64,000 nt of DNA from an uncultured virus (IMG/VR IMGVR_UViG_3300045953_000290) (IMGVR_UViG_3300045953_000290); one strand, 5' to 3'; positions 47,038 through 56,398 are shown, numbered from the stretch's first letter. The notes: generated from the letters alone by a model not told the origin. A program made the numbers and translations.

Positions 47038-47280
47038 ATGGCGCAGCAGGGCGGGCCACGGGGCTGGCTGGAGATGGCGCTGGGGGTGGTACGCGAAGGC
47101 GGGCCCATTACCCTGCTGTTGACCATTGTGCTGGGTGGGGTGGTCATCTACGGGCTGGTTGGCGAGGTCAGGCGCGTGCATGAGGTGAACCTGCTCCTGT
47201 GGGACAAACTGCTCCAGGCGCAACAGGCCCAGATCGATCTGGCCTTGCGTTGCGACTGCGCCGGGAAGGACTCGCGCTGA
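47038..47280 (+). CDS. Small TM plus coiled-coil protein (holin/spanin-like)
   Basis: Homolog at 8865..9107. Confidence 0.55.
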   Translation: MAQQGGPRGWLEMALGVVREGGPITLLLTIVLGGVVIYGLVGEVRRVHEVNLLLWDKLLQAQQAQIDLALRCDCAGKDSR

Positions 47281-47495
47281 TGGACGCTACCGTGCGCTTC
47301 CTGATGCACCGGCTCTACGAGGAGCTGATCTGGCTCAGGCAGCTCGACGGCACCATGACGCTCGACGATGCCATGGCCTACCTGCGGGATCAATGTGGGT
47401 TCATTGGCCCCGACTGCCGCTATGCGCTCTCGGAGTATTGCGTGCTGGATTGTCCCTTCCGCCCCGCCCAAGGAGTCCCGCCATGCGACGGCTGA
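47280..47495 (+). CDS. Conserved Cys-rich hypothetical protein
   Basis: Homolog at 9108..9323. Confidence 0.7.
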   Translation: MDATVRFLMHRLYEELIWLRQLDGTMTLDDAMAYLRDQCGFIGPDCRYALSEYCVLDCPFRPAQGVPPCDG

Positions 47496-49030
47496 TCCAC
47501 GGGCTGCGCCCGAGTCCTGTGTCCTGTGTCCTGTGTCCCTGGTCCCTGGTCCCTTGCACAGGCCTGCTCCTGCTGCTGCTGGCCTCCTGCGTGCATCCCA
47601 CGCCGCAGACGAGCGCGCCACCGCCCTTTTGTGCCGCCAGACTGGGGGACTTTGCCGTGCACGCCACGAACGCGCCGCGCTTTGGCACGCCGCTGGTCAG
47701 CGGCCCGGAGGGCGCGGCGTATGCCTGTTACATCACGCCCAGTCTCCAGACCGTGGTGACGCGCTACGAGCCCACCACCGGGCAGTGGAGTGCCCCTACC
47801 GTGCTCGCCGCCACGACCCAGGCCGACAAATTCCATAATCAATGCTCCCTGGGGCTCGACCCGCAGGGCTCCCTGCACGCCGCCGCCAATATGCACGACA
47901 CCCCCTGGCAGTACTGGGTCAGTGCGCAGCCCCACAGCGTCCAGACGATGGTCTTCAAAGGGCAGGACGCCGGCACCCGTCCCGGCGCCTCGAGTCCTGC
48001 CGACGGCGGCTGTACGGGGACGTGTGCGGAGCAGTGGACCATCAACGAGCCCGGCATTGCCGCCCTGCCCGGCAACCAGATTACTTACCCGCACTTTGCG
48101 ACCACGCAGGACGGCACGCTGTTTGTCGCGTACCGCGAGTGCCTCCTCTGTGATGCGTCGTTCCATGACCGCCAGTGGTCGGCCGGGCTGGCGCGCTATA
48201 GCGTGGCCACCGGGACGTGGACGCGGGTGGCGGGGATTCGCCCCTGGGCCACCGAGCCGGGCAAGCTCCCCATTGGCCTGCGCCTGGCGGGCGATCCGCA
48301 GAACCGCTTGCATGCCGCCTGGGTCTGGTGCAACCAGTACACCAAGGACGAGGGCGGGCAGGCCTGCTTTGCGCATCCCAACGCCGTCACCTACGCGGTC
48401 TCCGCCGATCACGGCACCAGCTGGCAGACCAGCACCGGGTCACCGCTGACCCTGCCGCTGGGGGTGCAGGAATCCGAGGGGGCGAGTGGCCCACAGTGGT
48501 TCGAGCAGGCCGGCGCGGTGGGCTATTATGACGGCCATGTGGCGCTGACGGTGGACACGCAGCAGCAACCCACCGTCGTCGTGTTCCCCAATACGTCGGA
48601 CAGCTCCAGGGGGATCAAGCGCGGCTACATCACCACCACGAGCGACGCCCGTGGTGCTGCTGAGTCCTTTGTCCCTGGTCCCTTGTCCCTTGCAAAGGAC
48701 GAAGGACAAAGAACCATGGACCCCACCGGCGTGAGCCGGTGGACGCACCCGCCAAGGGTGTTAGACTATTCGCCGTCGCTGGTGTATCGGGACTGGCGCG
48801 GGCGCTGGATCGCGGTGTCATCGGGGCTGCGCATCCACGTCTCGACCGATGGCGGCGCGACCTGGACGCTGTGGCCGCTGGCCCTGGAGGACGGGCCGTA
48901 TGACGTGGCGTGGGACCGGGCCTGGCTCCGCGATACCCATCAGTTGCGCCTCTATGCGCACGGCAACGAGACGGGACGGCTGACCATCTGGTCGCTGACC
49001 TTCCCCGAGTCGGGACGGTGCGGGCCATGA
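47483..49030 (+). CDS. BNR/Asp-box lipoprotein with heptamer-repeat insertions
   Basis: Lipobox LLASC; homolog at 9311..10708. Confidence 0.75.
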   Translation: MRRLIHGLRPSPVSCVLCPWSLVPCTGLLLLLLASCVHPTPQTSAPPPFCAARLGDFAVHATNAPRFGTPLVSGPEGAAYACYITPSLQTVVTRYEPTTGQWSAPTVLAATTQADKFHNQCSLGLDPQGSLHAAANMHDTPWQYWVSAQPHSVQTMVFKGQDAGTRPGASSPADGGCTGTCAEQWTINEPGIAALPGNQITYPHFATTQDGTLFVAYRECLLCDASFHDRQWSAGLARYSVATGTWTRVAGIRPWATEPGKLPIGLRLAGDPQNRLHAAWVWCNQYTKDEGGQACFAHPNAVTYAVSADHGTSWQTSTGSPLTLPLGVQESEGASGPQWFEQAGAVGYYDGHVALTVDTQQQPTVVVFPNTSDSSRGIKRGYITTTSDARGAAESFVPGPLSLAKDEGQRTMDPTGVSRWTHPPRVLDYSPSLVYRDWRGRWIAVSSGLRIHVSTDGGATWTLWPLALEDGPYDVAWDRAWLRDTHQLRLYAHGNETGRLTIWSLTFPESGRCGP

Positions 49031-49248
49031 TGCCCGAGCTACCCGAGCAGTTTTGCTGCGACCGCTGCCATGGCATGCAGTATGTCGACCTGGTGTGCTG
49101 GGAGACCCGCAGCCGGACCACGCTGCTGTGCCTGCACTGCTGCGCCTGTCCGACGCATGGCGCGGACGATCCCGGCGGCCGCGTCGTCTGGGATACGCAC
49201 GGCTGGCGCGGGCTGGGCTCCGAGCACCAGGCCCGTCGCCATACCTGA
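49027..49248 (+). CDS. Small Zn-finger-like protein
   Basis: Homolog at 11504..11725. Confidence 0.65.
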   Translation: MMPELPEQFCCDRCHGMQYVDLVCWETRSRTTLLCLHCCACPTHGADDPGGRVVWDTHGWRGLGSEHQARRHT

Positions 49249-49534
49249 ATGGCTCGCCCCCACCGCCTCAGCTCGTGGCTGCAGCGGTGTCCGAGCGCCC
49301 TGGGGGTCTGCATGACGTACCCCGGAGCGCGGGGCGGGCACTGTTGTCCTTTGTCCTTTGTCCTTCGTCCCCCGTATCGGAGTACGGGGCAGGCCTTGCA
49401 AAGGACCAATGACGAATGACCAGGGACACACTCTGTGCTAGACTGCGGGCTGGAGGGTGGGAGGTAGTAGCCCATCCCCATGCCTCAAGCGAGAGTGGAG
49501 AAGCCGCCCTGGTGGCCCCCCGCTGCCGGGGCGG

Positions 49535-50922
49535 CTACTTCTCCAGCGTGAATGCCTTGACGACGAAGCGCCCGCAGCCCATCTTGCGGCTGGCGCCGAC
49601 GCCAATGCGCTGGCCGGCGTAGGCGAGAAAATCGGGCAGCTCATCCGGATTGCGGATCTCGTCCGGGAAATACCCCAGCGTCCCCACCGCCTCGAAATCC
49701 GCGATGAAATCATTCATCCTGAGCGCCCGCTGATTGCTCAAGGGCTGGCCGGTGCCCGACTTGGGCATGACGAGGCGCTTGTAGGTCCCGTCCGCCTGCG
49801 TCTTGCCGGTCGCAAAATCGCTCACCCGCAGCAGATGCCGCAGGTTGTTGGGCTCGCAGGGGCGCTGTGAGGCGGTGCTATTGCGTGCCGCCTCGATCAG
49901 GCAGCCGTACATCTGATGGCTACTGATGATGATGGCTCCGGCGGCATCGGTATAAAAGGGCCGCCGCGCCAGGCGCTCGAGTTCGGCGTACTGCTCCAGC
50001 GTGTAGCCGTTGCGGCGCAGATATTCTTTGAGGGCGTCCTCGCGCTTCTGTTCGGAGCGGGCGCGGTTCATGCCGCTGTTTTTCTGGATGTTGATCAGCT
50101 CTTCGCGCTCGGGGAAATCATGCTGTTACTTTACTGACTTGATGGACCGGATACCGCGTATCATTCAGCAGCCGGATTTCTTCCAACCAGGCACGCCGTC
50201 TTGCCATAGACGTATCAGAAATCATATATCGCCGGACTCTGCGTTTTCCCGTGGTATAGAACGCATCCTGGGATGGTCCAAGCTCTTTGTAGCGTTCTCG
50301 GGTGATTTCTTCATGGACGGCGATAAGTATTTCTGCCTGCCGCCGTTTCAAACACAAAAACGGCAGCAGGGCGTGACAGACAGCAACCGCTTTGGCCCCA
50401 GACAATTTCAGCCCATAGAGAGGCTTGCCACGGGTGGCCGAGGGGGGTTGGATATGGACCTTCCCCCCAAAACGGCGCGCAAGTTTGTCGATAGCTTCAC
50501 ATTGCACTTGTTTGATGGCGATAAAGATCTCGATAGCGAAGCGTCCGCGATTGCGCCCTGGATAATGAAACAGCGAAAAACATCCATCGGCGTCCATCAG
50601 TCCAGCCAGATAGGCAAGCTCGATATCGTCATCTGTCCACATGAAGCATGTTCTCCATCAAGCGGGCAGTCATTGCTGCTGCCTCTGCGTGTTGTCTTCC
50701 ATCGCAGATCAGACTGTATCACCATCTCGACCAGGGCCGAGATGCCTCTTGTCAGTCGTTCGCGCCTTCCCCTGCCGGGGCTGTGCGTCGGGATAACCGT
50801 TGCAGGCTTCCCCCGATATTCGAGGTTTTCATGGAAAGTCACCTCTCCATGCCGCATCGTGTTTACGGATCCGCGATGTACCTCTCGCCGAAATACAGGG
50901 TGATGTGGGCGGTGCGTTGCAT
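49535..50922 (-). CDS. Solitary RAMP/Cas7-like protein, spliced from exon 1 (50865..50922) and exon 2 (49535..50118), 213 aa
   Basis: GGAGGA RBS then MQRTAHITLYFGERYIADP-Y-FPEREELINIQKNSGM; IISSHQMYGCL; C-terminal G-rich loop GVGASRKMGCGRF. Confidence 0.75.
50118..50642 (-). CDS. Intron-encoded LAGLIDADG homing endonuclease
   Basis: LAYLAGLMDADGCF; LLPFL.LKRRQAE. Confidence 0.9.
   Translation of the reverse strand: MWTDDDIELAYLAGLMDADGCFSLFHYPGRNRGRFAIEIFIAIKQVQCEAIDKLARRFGGKVHIQPPSATRGKPLYGLKLSGAKAVAVCHALLPFLCLKRRQAEILIAVHEEITRERYKELGPSQDAFYTTGKRRVRRYMISDTSMARRRAWLEEIRLLNDTRYPVHQVSKVTA
50119..50864 (-). mobile_element. Group I intron (746 nt)
   Basis: Exon 1 ends in U and the intron ends in G; P1 CCGU/GCGG with U.G pair; P7-like AACGACUG (50753..50760) and GAUACAGUCUG (50710..50720); removal restores the frame. 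Confidence 0.85.
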
Positions 50923-50941
50923 AGTGGTATCCTCCGTGTGT

Positions 50942-51595
50942 GTCGTTGCGTCGCCGTGGCCGTCGCCGAAGCCGGAGCCGTCGCCGCTGCCGCAGCCGTG
51001 GGCGATGCCGTCGCGCCGTCGTAGTCGATGACCATGCGGCGCCCGGGTCGTTGCGTCGCCGTGGCCGTCGCCGTCGCCGCTGCCGAAGCCGGAGCCGTAG
51101 TCGTCGCCGTGGCCGTCGCCGACGCCGTGGCCGTCGCCGTAGCCGCAGCCGTGGCCGTCGCCGACGCCGTGGCCGTCGCCGTAGCCGCAGCCGTGGCCGT
51201 CGCCGACGCCGTGGCCGTCGCCGTGGCCGTAGCCGAAGCCGAAGCCGATGCCGAAGCCGATGCCGTGGCCGTCGCCGTAGCCGTAGCCGAAGCCGAAGCC
51301 GTAGTCGATGCCGGAGCCGTAGTCGTCGCCGTGGCCGTCGCCGAGGCCGGTGCCGATGCCGTCGCCGATGCCGTCGCCGAGGCCGGTGCCGGTGCCGGAG
51401 CCGCAGCCGGTGCCGGAGCCGTTGCCGTCGCCGTCGCCGCTGCCGCTGCCGTCGCCGCTGCCGCTGCCGTAGCCGGTGCCGTTGCCGGTGCCGAAGCCGT
51501 AGCCGGAGCCGGTGCCGAAGCCGGTGCCGTCGCCGGAGCCGGTGCCGTTGCCGTAGCCGCAGCCGCTGCCGAAGCCGATGCCGTCGCCGCCGCCA
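50942..51595 (-). repeat. Hexameric (CGGC-NN)n array 1, roughly 100 units in two blocks; candidate ncRNA
   Basis: Near-invariant CGGC with a variable dinucleotide; the Gly-X frame has no start codon after an upstream TAG. Confidence 0.7.
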
Positions 51596-51782
51596 AAGCC
51601 CGCAGAACGCCTTAACCCCCTCGCGCCCGCCGCCCTCCACCCTTTCCTAGCATTTCCTCGCTCTTGACGGTCACGACCGCGTCGGTGGCCGACAAGAATA
51701 AACTATCACAATAACCATCATTTCCTCGTATTCTCGGCATCCCGTCCGCAACGTATCGTCCCCCCCCGAGGAGGACATCACC

Positions 51783-52139
51783 ATGATGCGTGTCTACATC
51801 GACATCCGTGAGCATCTCTGGACCTGCCTGTGCGACCTGGCGTATGAGAGCTACCGACATCCACGCCAGCATGCTGCGTGCCTGCTGGCAGAGGCCATCG
51901 AGCGGGCCGTGAGAGAGCGCGACCAGGCCCGTGACCGCGATCTGGACGCCTACCTGGCCGAGGAGCCCGCCCATGCGCCGGCGCCGTTGCCGTCGCCGTC
52001 GCCGAAGCCGCAGCCGTCGCCGTGGGCGATGCCGGTGCCGGAGCCGCAGCCGGTGCCGTTGCCGCTGCCGTCGCCTAAGCCGGTGCCGTCGCCTAAGCCG
52101 GTGCCGTCGCCGGAGCCGGTGCCGTTGCCGCTGCCGTAG
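51783..52139 (+). CDS. Small RHH-like regulator running into array 2
   Basis: GAGGAGG RBS; MRVYIDIREHLW..L..LA...R. Confidence 0.5.
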   Translation: MMRVYIDIREHLWTCLCDLAYESYRHPRQHAACLLAEAIERAVRERDQARDRDLDAYLAEEPAHAPAPLPSPSPKPQPSPWAMPVPEPQPVPLPLPSPKPVPSPKPVPSPEPVPLPLP

Positions 52140-52420
52140 CCGCTGCCGCTGCCGGAGCCGTTGCCGGCGCCGCTGCCGTCGCCGGCGCCGCAGCCGAAGC
52201 CGAAGCCGCCGCCGTCGCCGTAGCCGAAGCCGCCGCCGTGGGCGCTGCCGAAGCCGGAGCCGCAGCCGGTGCCGGAGCCGTTGCCGTCGCCGTCGCCGCT
52301 GCCGCTGCCGTCGCCGCTGCCGCTGCCGTAGCCGGTGCCGTTGCCGTCGCCGTCGCCGAAGCCGCAGCCGTCGCCGTGGGCGATGCCGGTGCCGGAGCCG
52401 CAGCCGGTGCCGGTGCCGTG
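51975..52420 (-). repeat. Hexameric (CGGC-NN)n array 2, roughly 70 units
   Basis: Same motif as array 1; shares a ~90-nt identical segment with it. Confidence 0.7.
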
Positions 52421-52433
52421 GCAGGAGTTGCCG

Positions 52434-52733
52434 CTAGCGCTGCCCGTCGGTCCCGATCTCTGCCGCACACCGCGCGGCCACGTCCGCAATGGCCTGCGGC
52501 AGGCGGGCGAACGGCACGCAGTACGCCTCGTGGGCAGGCAGGACGGCGCCGGGACAGAGCGCCATGACGTCCCAGAGCCCGCCCTGGACCTGATCCAGGG
52601 TGCCGTACCGGTGCGGCACCAGGGCGATCTGCCAGCGCTCGATGAGCGGCGCCACCGTGGCCCACGAGGGGGGGACGGGGCGGGTGTGCGGGGGCTGGCC
52701 GGGTTGTTGGGTAGTCAGGGTGGCGTCAGGCAT
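52434..52733 (-). CDS. Hypothetical protein
   Basis: Homolog at 13411..13695. Confidence 0.7.
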   Translation of the reverse strand: MPDATLTTQQPGQPPHTRPVPPSWATVAPLIERWQIALVPHRYGTLDQVQGGLWDVMALCPGAVLPAHEAYCVPFARLPQAIADVAARCAAEIGTDGQR

Positions 52734-52737
52734 AGAT

Positions 52738-52947
52738 TTATCTCCTCTTGCGTGTCGGTGTTGTCTCCGCCCACGGCCGCGGCGCTTCGAGCAGCCGGGG
52801 CTGCGGCGCCTGGCGCTCCACCGCCGGACAGTCCCAGCACTGCTTCGGGTGATCGGCGGCCCACCGCGGCGCCCAGCGATGCCGGCCCGGCGGGCAATAG
52901 CGGACGGGTGCGTCACTTATTGCGTTTTTTGCGTCGAGGATGGCCAT
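52738..52947 (-). CDS. Small Cys/His hypothetical protein
   Basis: Homolog at 14160..14369. Confidence 0.65.
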   Translation of the reverse strand: MAILDAKNAISDAPVRYCPPGRHRWAPRWAADHPKQCWDCPAVERQAPQPRLLEAPRPWAETTPTRKRR

Positions 52948-53000
52948 GGCTGGATCCCCCTTGTCATGATACTCCCTGGCCTCCACAAAGCCCTCCACGG

Positions 53001-53459
53001 TCACGCCAGGCGCCGTAAAACCCCCAGGGTGTAGCGCTCCTGGCGCAGCAGATCATGGATACGCCGCGAGTCGCCCCGGCTCTGCTGCGCGAGCAGCTCG
53101 TAGCCCTCGACCTGCCACAGCAGCGCCTCATCGTGATAGCCCAGGACGGGCAGCGGTCCCGGCTGTCCGGGCGGGGTGAACAGCCCCAGCACCCGATCCA
53201 GCGCCGCTTTGAGGAGCGGGTGCGTGACGTGGGACGTGCACGGCCCGGCGAGCAGCCAGCGCCGCGCCATCTCCAGATCGATCAGCACATACTCATAGAG
53301 CCCGCCCAGCCCCAGCACCGCGGCGGGCAGCAGGTAGCGCGTGCCGTGGACGGTGGGGTAGCGCGGCGGCGGCGCGCTTGGCTCCTGGGCCCCAAGCCAT
53401 TGGCCGCCGAAGGTGTGGTCGTATGGCTCCTGGTTAGTCGCGGGGCGTAAGCTCGTCAT
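53001..53459 (-). CDS. Hypothetical protein
   Basis: Homolog at 14446..14853. Confidence 0.7.
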   Translation of the reverse strand: MTSLRPATNQEPYDHTFGGQWLGAQEPSAPPPRYPTVHGTRYLLPAAVLGLGGLYEYVLIDLEMARRWLLAGPCTSHVTHPLLKAALDRVLGLFTPPGQPGPLPVLGYHDEALLWQVEGYELLAQQSRGDSRRIHDLLRQERYTLGVLRRLA

Positions 53460-53736
53460 CGTCTGGTCCTTTCGTGACGCTAAGCGCGTTCCTGGTGGCA
53501 CGCCAGAGCGGTTCGGCAATGATCAACAATTCCAGCCGTGTCATGATCGCCATCCAGCTCTGTTGCCAACCCTCAGGTAACTCCGTGGCCCACCGTGCTG
53601 TGCTGCGTAAGAGGCCGATGGCGCGCCGGACATCGGTTGACGCCAGGCAGGCCATGGCCTCGTTGACCGCCTGAACGGCCGCGTCGACACACGCCAGATT
53701 GTCTGAGGGATGGAGGGGCCTGTCGTCATCGTGCAT
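53434..53736 (-). CDS. Hypothetical protein
   Basis: Coupled ORF with RBS. Confidence 0.6.
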   Translation of the reverse strand: MHDDDRPLHPSDNLACVDAAVQAVNEAMACLASTDVRRAIGLLRSTARWATELPEGWQQSWMAIMTRLELLIIAEPLWRATRNALSVTKGPDDDELTPRD

Positions 53737-54041
53737 TACGCGTCCTCCTCGGGCACATGGTCACGGTGGGCCTCCGCGTTGGCGGCTTCCTTGGCGGCAT
53801 AACGCGCCAGGAGCCAGAGGGTTTTGGCGGCTTCGAGCAGCGTAATGTCATGCCCGAAGTCGCTGCGGTTGTCGGGTACCGGCTCATTCTGCGACCAGTT
53901 ATGCATCCAGGTGACGTAGCCCAGGGCGCGGACGATATAGACCCGTGCCAGGAGATCCATGGCGTTTTTGCAGGCCTCGAGGGCATAGCCGGCGTTCTGC
54001 GCTTCGCGCGGAAAATCGTCGCGGTCATAGATTATGTGCAT
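53736..54041 (-). CDS. Hypothetical protein
   Basis: Coupled ORF. Confidence 0.6.
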   Translation of the reverse strand: MHIIYDRDDFPREAQNAGYALEACKNAMDLLARVYIVRALGYVTWMHNWSQNEPVPDNRSDFGHDITLLEAAKTLWLLARYAAKEAANAEAHRDHVPEEDA

Positions 54042-54633
54042 GGCCGTCCCCCCTCTGGAACAGGGCTCCCAACCGGGTCAGGGTGTCGACCTGATCGGCT
54101 GCCGCGCGTTCGGGCGCTCGCGGGAGTGGCCCCCCCTCCTGCCGTTTTTGCGCCAGGTGGGCCTCCCAGAAGGCGCGATCGGCCGGGTACCGGGCGGCAT
54201 AGGCGGCACACGCCGCCAGGTAGGCGGCTTCCTGGCCGGGCTTCGTGAGCCCGCGCTCGAAGATCTCGCGACAACAGCGCGAGATATCTCTGGCGTCGTG
54301 CGCCGGGGGGGCGGCCGCCAGCAACTCGGCCACGGTCAGGCCGCGCTCGCGGGCCATCGCCTGCTGCCAGGCCGGGACGGGCACGGCGGGCGGCGCCAGG
54401 GTGCGCAGAGCGTCGAGGACCTGGTGCAGGCTCGGAGCCTGGCGGCGATCCTGCAGCGACAGCTCGTTCAGGGCGTCAAGGAGGCGGTCAAGGGGGTAGG
54501 ATTTGAGCTTGCGGTACCACAGCGGGAATTCCCGCCGCGTCAGGGGAGCGTGTGTCCACAGCCCGGGTGGCGTGCCGGGTTTCTCGATGCCGCCATAGTG
54601 CTGGAGGAAGAGGTCGAATTCTTCGGGCGTCAT
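54025..54633 (-). CDS. Replication-associated protein (P-position), unrelated to unit A
   Basis: Synteny only. Confidence 0.5.
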   Translation of the reverse strand: MTPEEFDLFLQHYGGIEKPGTPPGLWTHAPLTRREFPLWYRKLKSYPLDRLLDALNELSLQDRRQAPSLHQVLDALRTLAPPAVPVPAWQQAMARERGLTVAELLAAAPPAHDARDISRCCREIFERGLTKPGQEAAYLAACAAYAARYPADRAFWEAHLAQKRQEGGPLPRAPERAAADQVDTLTRLGALFQRGDGHAHNL

Positions 54634-55421
54634 AGCGTTTTCCTCCAGGCGTCATCCTCGTCGAGGATCTGTTTGAGTTCGTCCACGCTTTGGTATGGCT
54701 GCGTGGCCATTCTCCCGTTCTGCTGGTGTTGATACGGGGAGGTCAACCAGTTCTGGAAGGCGCTATACCAGTCAAGATACTTATAACCATTGGCCAGCGC
54801 TTTACGGACAAAGGCATTCCATTGGGATTCAAGATCGCTATGCATCAGGGCGACGTCTTTGAGCCAGCTCTGGAAGGAAGGCCTCGAGATGATGGCCTGA
54901 TACCACTCCTGTTGGATGGTTACTTCTTGCGGCATGAGGGTTTTGGTGCGTCGACCAGCCGCCTTGCGCTTACGCGTGTGCGCAGCTTTGGTTTTGGGAT
55001 CTAACGAGATCTCTGGATCTACGAAAGCATTGGGATCTGGAAGAGGGGTTCCTGGGGAGGAGATCTCGTCTCCATTCCCTGCAAGGAGGCATGGTGCCTG
55101 TGGGGCACTCCATGGTGCCTGTGGGGCACTCCATGGTGCCTGTGGGGCACTCCATGGTGCCTGTGGGGCACTGGGCAGCATGAGCTGATAGACACTGCGC
55201 TGTTGCGTCTGCTGTTTGGTCAGGAGACCTTCCGCCTTCAACACGAAAAGCGCACGGATGATCGAGCGACGGGAGAGGCTTATCATGGTGGCCATACGGT
55301 CAAGCGACACCTGCGCCTGCCCATGTGCATCAGCCTGGCTGGCCAGGCAGGTATAGACGGCGATACCGAATGGACCTATACGGGCACCATAAACCTCGAT
55401 GAGGGAGTCTGGTATGTACAT
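54630..55421 (-). CDS. Replication initiator with N-terminal HTH
   Basis: IAVYTCLASQAD...SLDRMA....SRRSIIRAL..L...GLL; internal iterons; Y.DW.SAFQNW. Confidence 0.75.
   Translation of the reverse strand: MYIPDSLIEVYGARIGPFGIAVYTCLASQADAHGQAQVSLDRMATMISLSRRSIIRALFVLKAEGLLTKQQTQQRSVYQLMLPSAPQAPWSAPQAPWSAPQAPWSAPQAPCLLAGNGDEISSPGTPLPDPNAFVDPEISLDPKTKAAHTRKRKAAGRRTKTLMPQEVTIQQEWYQAIISRPSFQSWLKDVALMHSDLESQWNAFVRKALANGYKYLDWYSAFQNWLTSPYQHQQNGRMATQPYQSVDELKQILDEDDAWRKTL
55090..55172. repeat. Origin iterons of unit B (four 21-bp copies)
   Basis: catggtgcctgtggggcactc tandem, containing a GTGCC-N5-GGCAC dyad. Confidence 0.8.
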
Positions 55422-56020
55422 CAGGCACCCTCCTTTGGTTGATCAGGAACATTCCTGTATCCTTTGCGCTGCTGATGGTATTTTAAGACCTCATGAATAT
55501 CTTCCGGTTCAACGAATAAGCCCCCTTCTGTCTCTTCATACTCTGCCTCCGCCTCGTGCCAGTGCGCTTGCAGAATCTTGAAGCCTTTATCAGCAAACCA
55601 TTGCAGAGCAATCCCGCGCTTGCGAATCGAAGCGCGCATATCGTCTTCAGACCAGTGCCATGGGAGATATTCAAAGCAAAGCGCGTCAAGAAAAGACGCC
55701 AGAGATTTTAAAGCCTGACTGTCCCATGGCCAGCAGAGCTTCTCGTCGATGCTGTACCGGATCACTTTGTCCTGGATCGTTTCCATCTCATGACAGTCGC
55801 AGCAGAGTGTCACCAGCTCATAGTTTGCAGATTCCCATGGCTCTCTGGCAGGGTGATAACACAGGTGATGGACGTTCAGTGTTTTTGTGGTCTCCCCGCA
55901 CATCTGGCATGCCCACCCATCGCGTTTCATGATCTCCAGCCTTTTCCTCTGCCACCTGGGATCTTTGAGCTTCTCCAGGTACTTCTCCCGCCGACTTCGC
56001 GCTTGTCCATTGTCACTCAC
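55421..56020 (-). CDS. HNH endonuclease
   Basis: DPRWQRKRLEIMKRDGWACQMCG...LNVHH...LCCDCH. Confidence 0.85.
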   Translation of the reverse strand: MSDNGQARSRREKYLEKLKDPRWQRKRLEIMKRDGWACQMCGETTKTLNVHHLCYHPAREPWESANYELVTLCCDCHEMETIQDKVIRYSIDEKLCWPWDSQALKSLASFLDALCFEYLPWHWSEDDMRASIRKRGIALQWFADKGFKILQAHWHEAEAEYEETEGGLFVEPEDIHEVLKYHQQRKGYRNVPDQPKEGA

Positions 56021-56109
56021 TTTGCTATCCTCCTGCTGCACCGGCGCCACCTTCTTGCCGCCGGCGTGTCTTTCCGCAAGTATTGGTCCGTCTCTGTCGC
56101 CCCGGGGGG

Positions 56110-56352
56110 TTATCCCTTCCCCTCGGGGCGGTGCGGCGCCTGCCGCTCCTCGCGCACCAATTCCTCCATCGCCACCCCCAGCACCTGGGCCAGTTTCGCC
56201 AGCGTCTGCGGGTAGACGTACAGCCGCTTGCCGCACTCCAGCGCGCTGACGTACTGCTGCGCCCAGTCCATGGACGCACCCAGCTCGCGTTGGGTGAGCT
56301 GCAGCCGGTGGCGCAGCCGGCGCACCAGCGACCCATCAAGCACCGTGCGCAT
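56110..56352 (-). CDS. XRE-family HTH regulator
   Basis: Homolog at 16755..16997. Confidence 0.85.
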   Translation of the reverse strand: MRTVLDGSLVRRLRHRLQLTQRELGASMDWAQQYVSALECGKRLYVYPQTLAKLAQVLGVAMEELVREERQAPHRPEGKG

Positions 56353-56398
56353 GCGTCCCTCGCTTGACAATCAGTTGGTTGTGCACCCGGTACTCCCT

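Noticed and set aside
50118..50642. LAGLIDADG as part of an intein
   Set aside because: Out of frame with the host exons and lacking Cys/His-Asn ends; group I intron features fit
50597..51650. Arg-rich, Ala/Thr-rich and Val/Ala-rich ORFs over the hexamer array
   Set aside because: They are open only because CGGC-NN lacks stops; there is no RBS, and the minus-strand ones run into the RAMP exon or intron
49535..52420. Canonical CRISPR-Cas locus
   Set aside because: No repeat-spacer array and no cas1/2/3/5/6/8/10 in the window
51950..52489. Gly-X repeat protein (179 aa)
   Set aside because: TTG start inside the upstream gene with no RBS; kept only as an alternative explanation for the array
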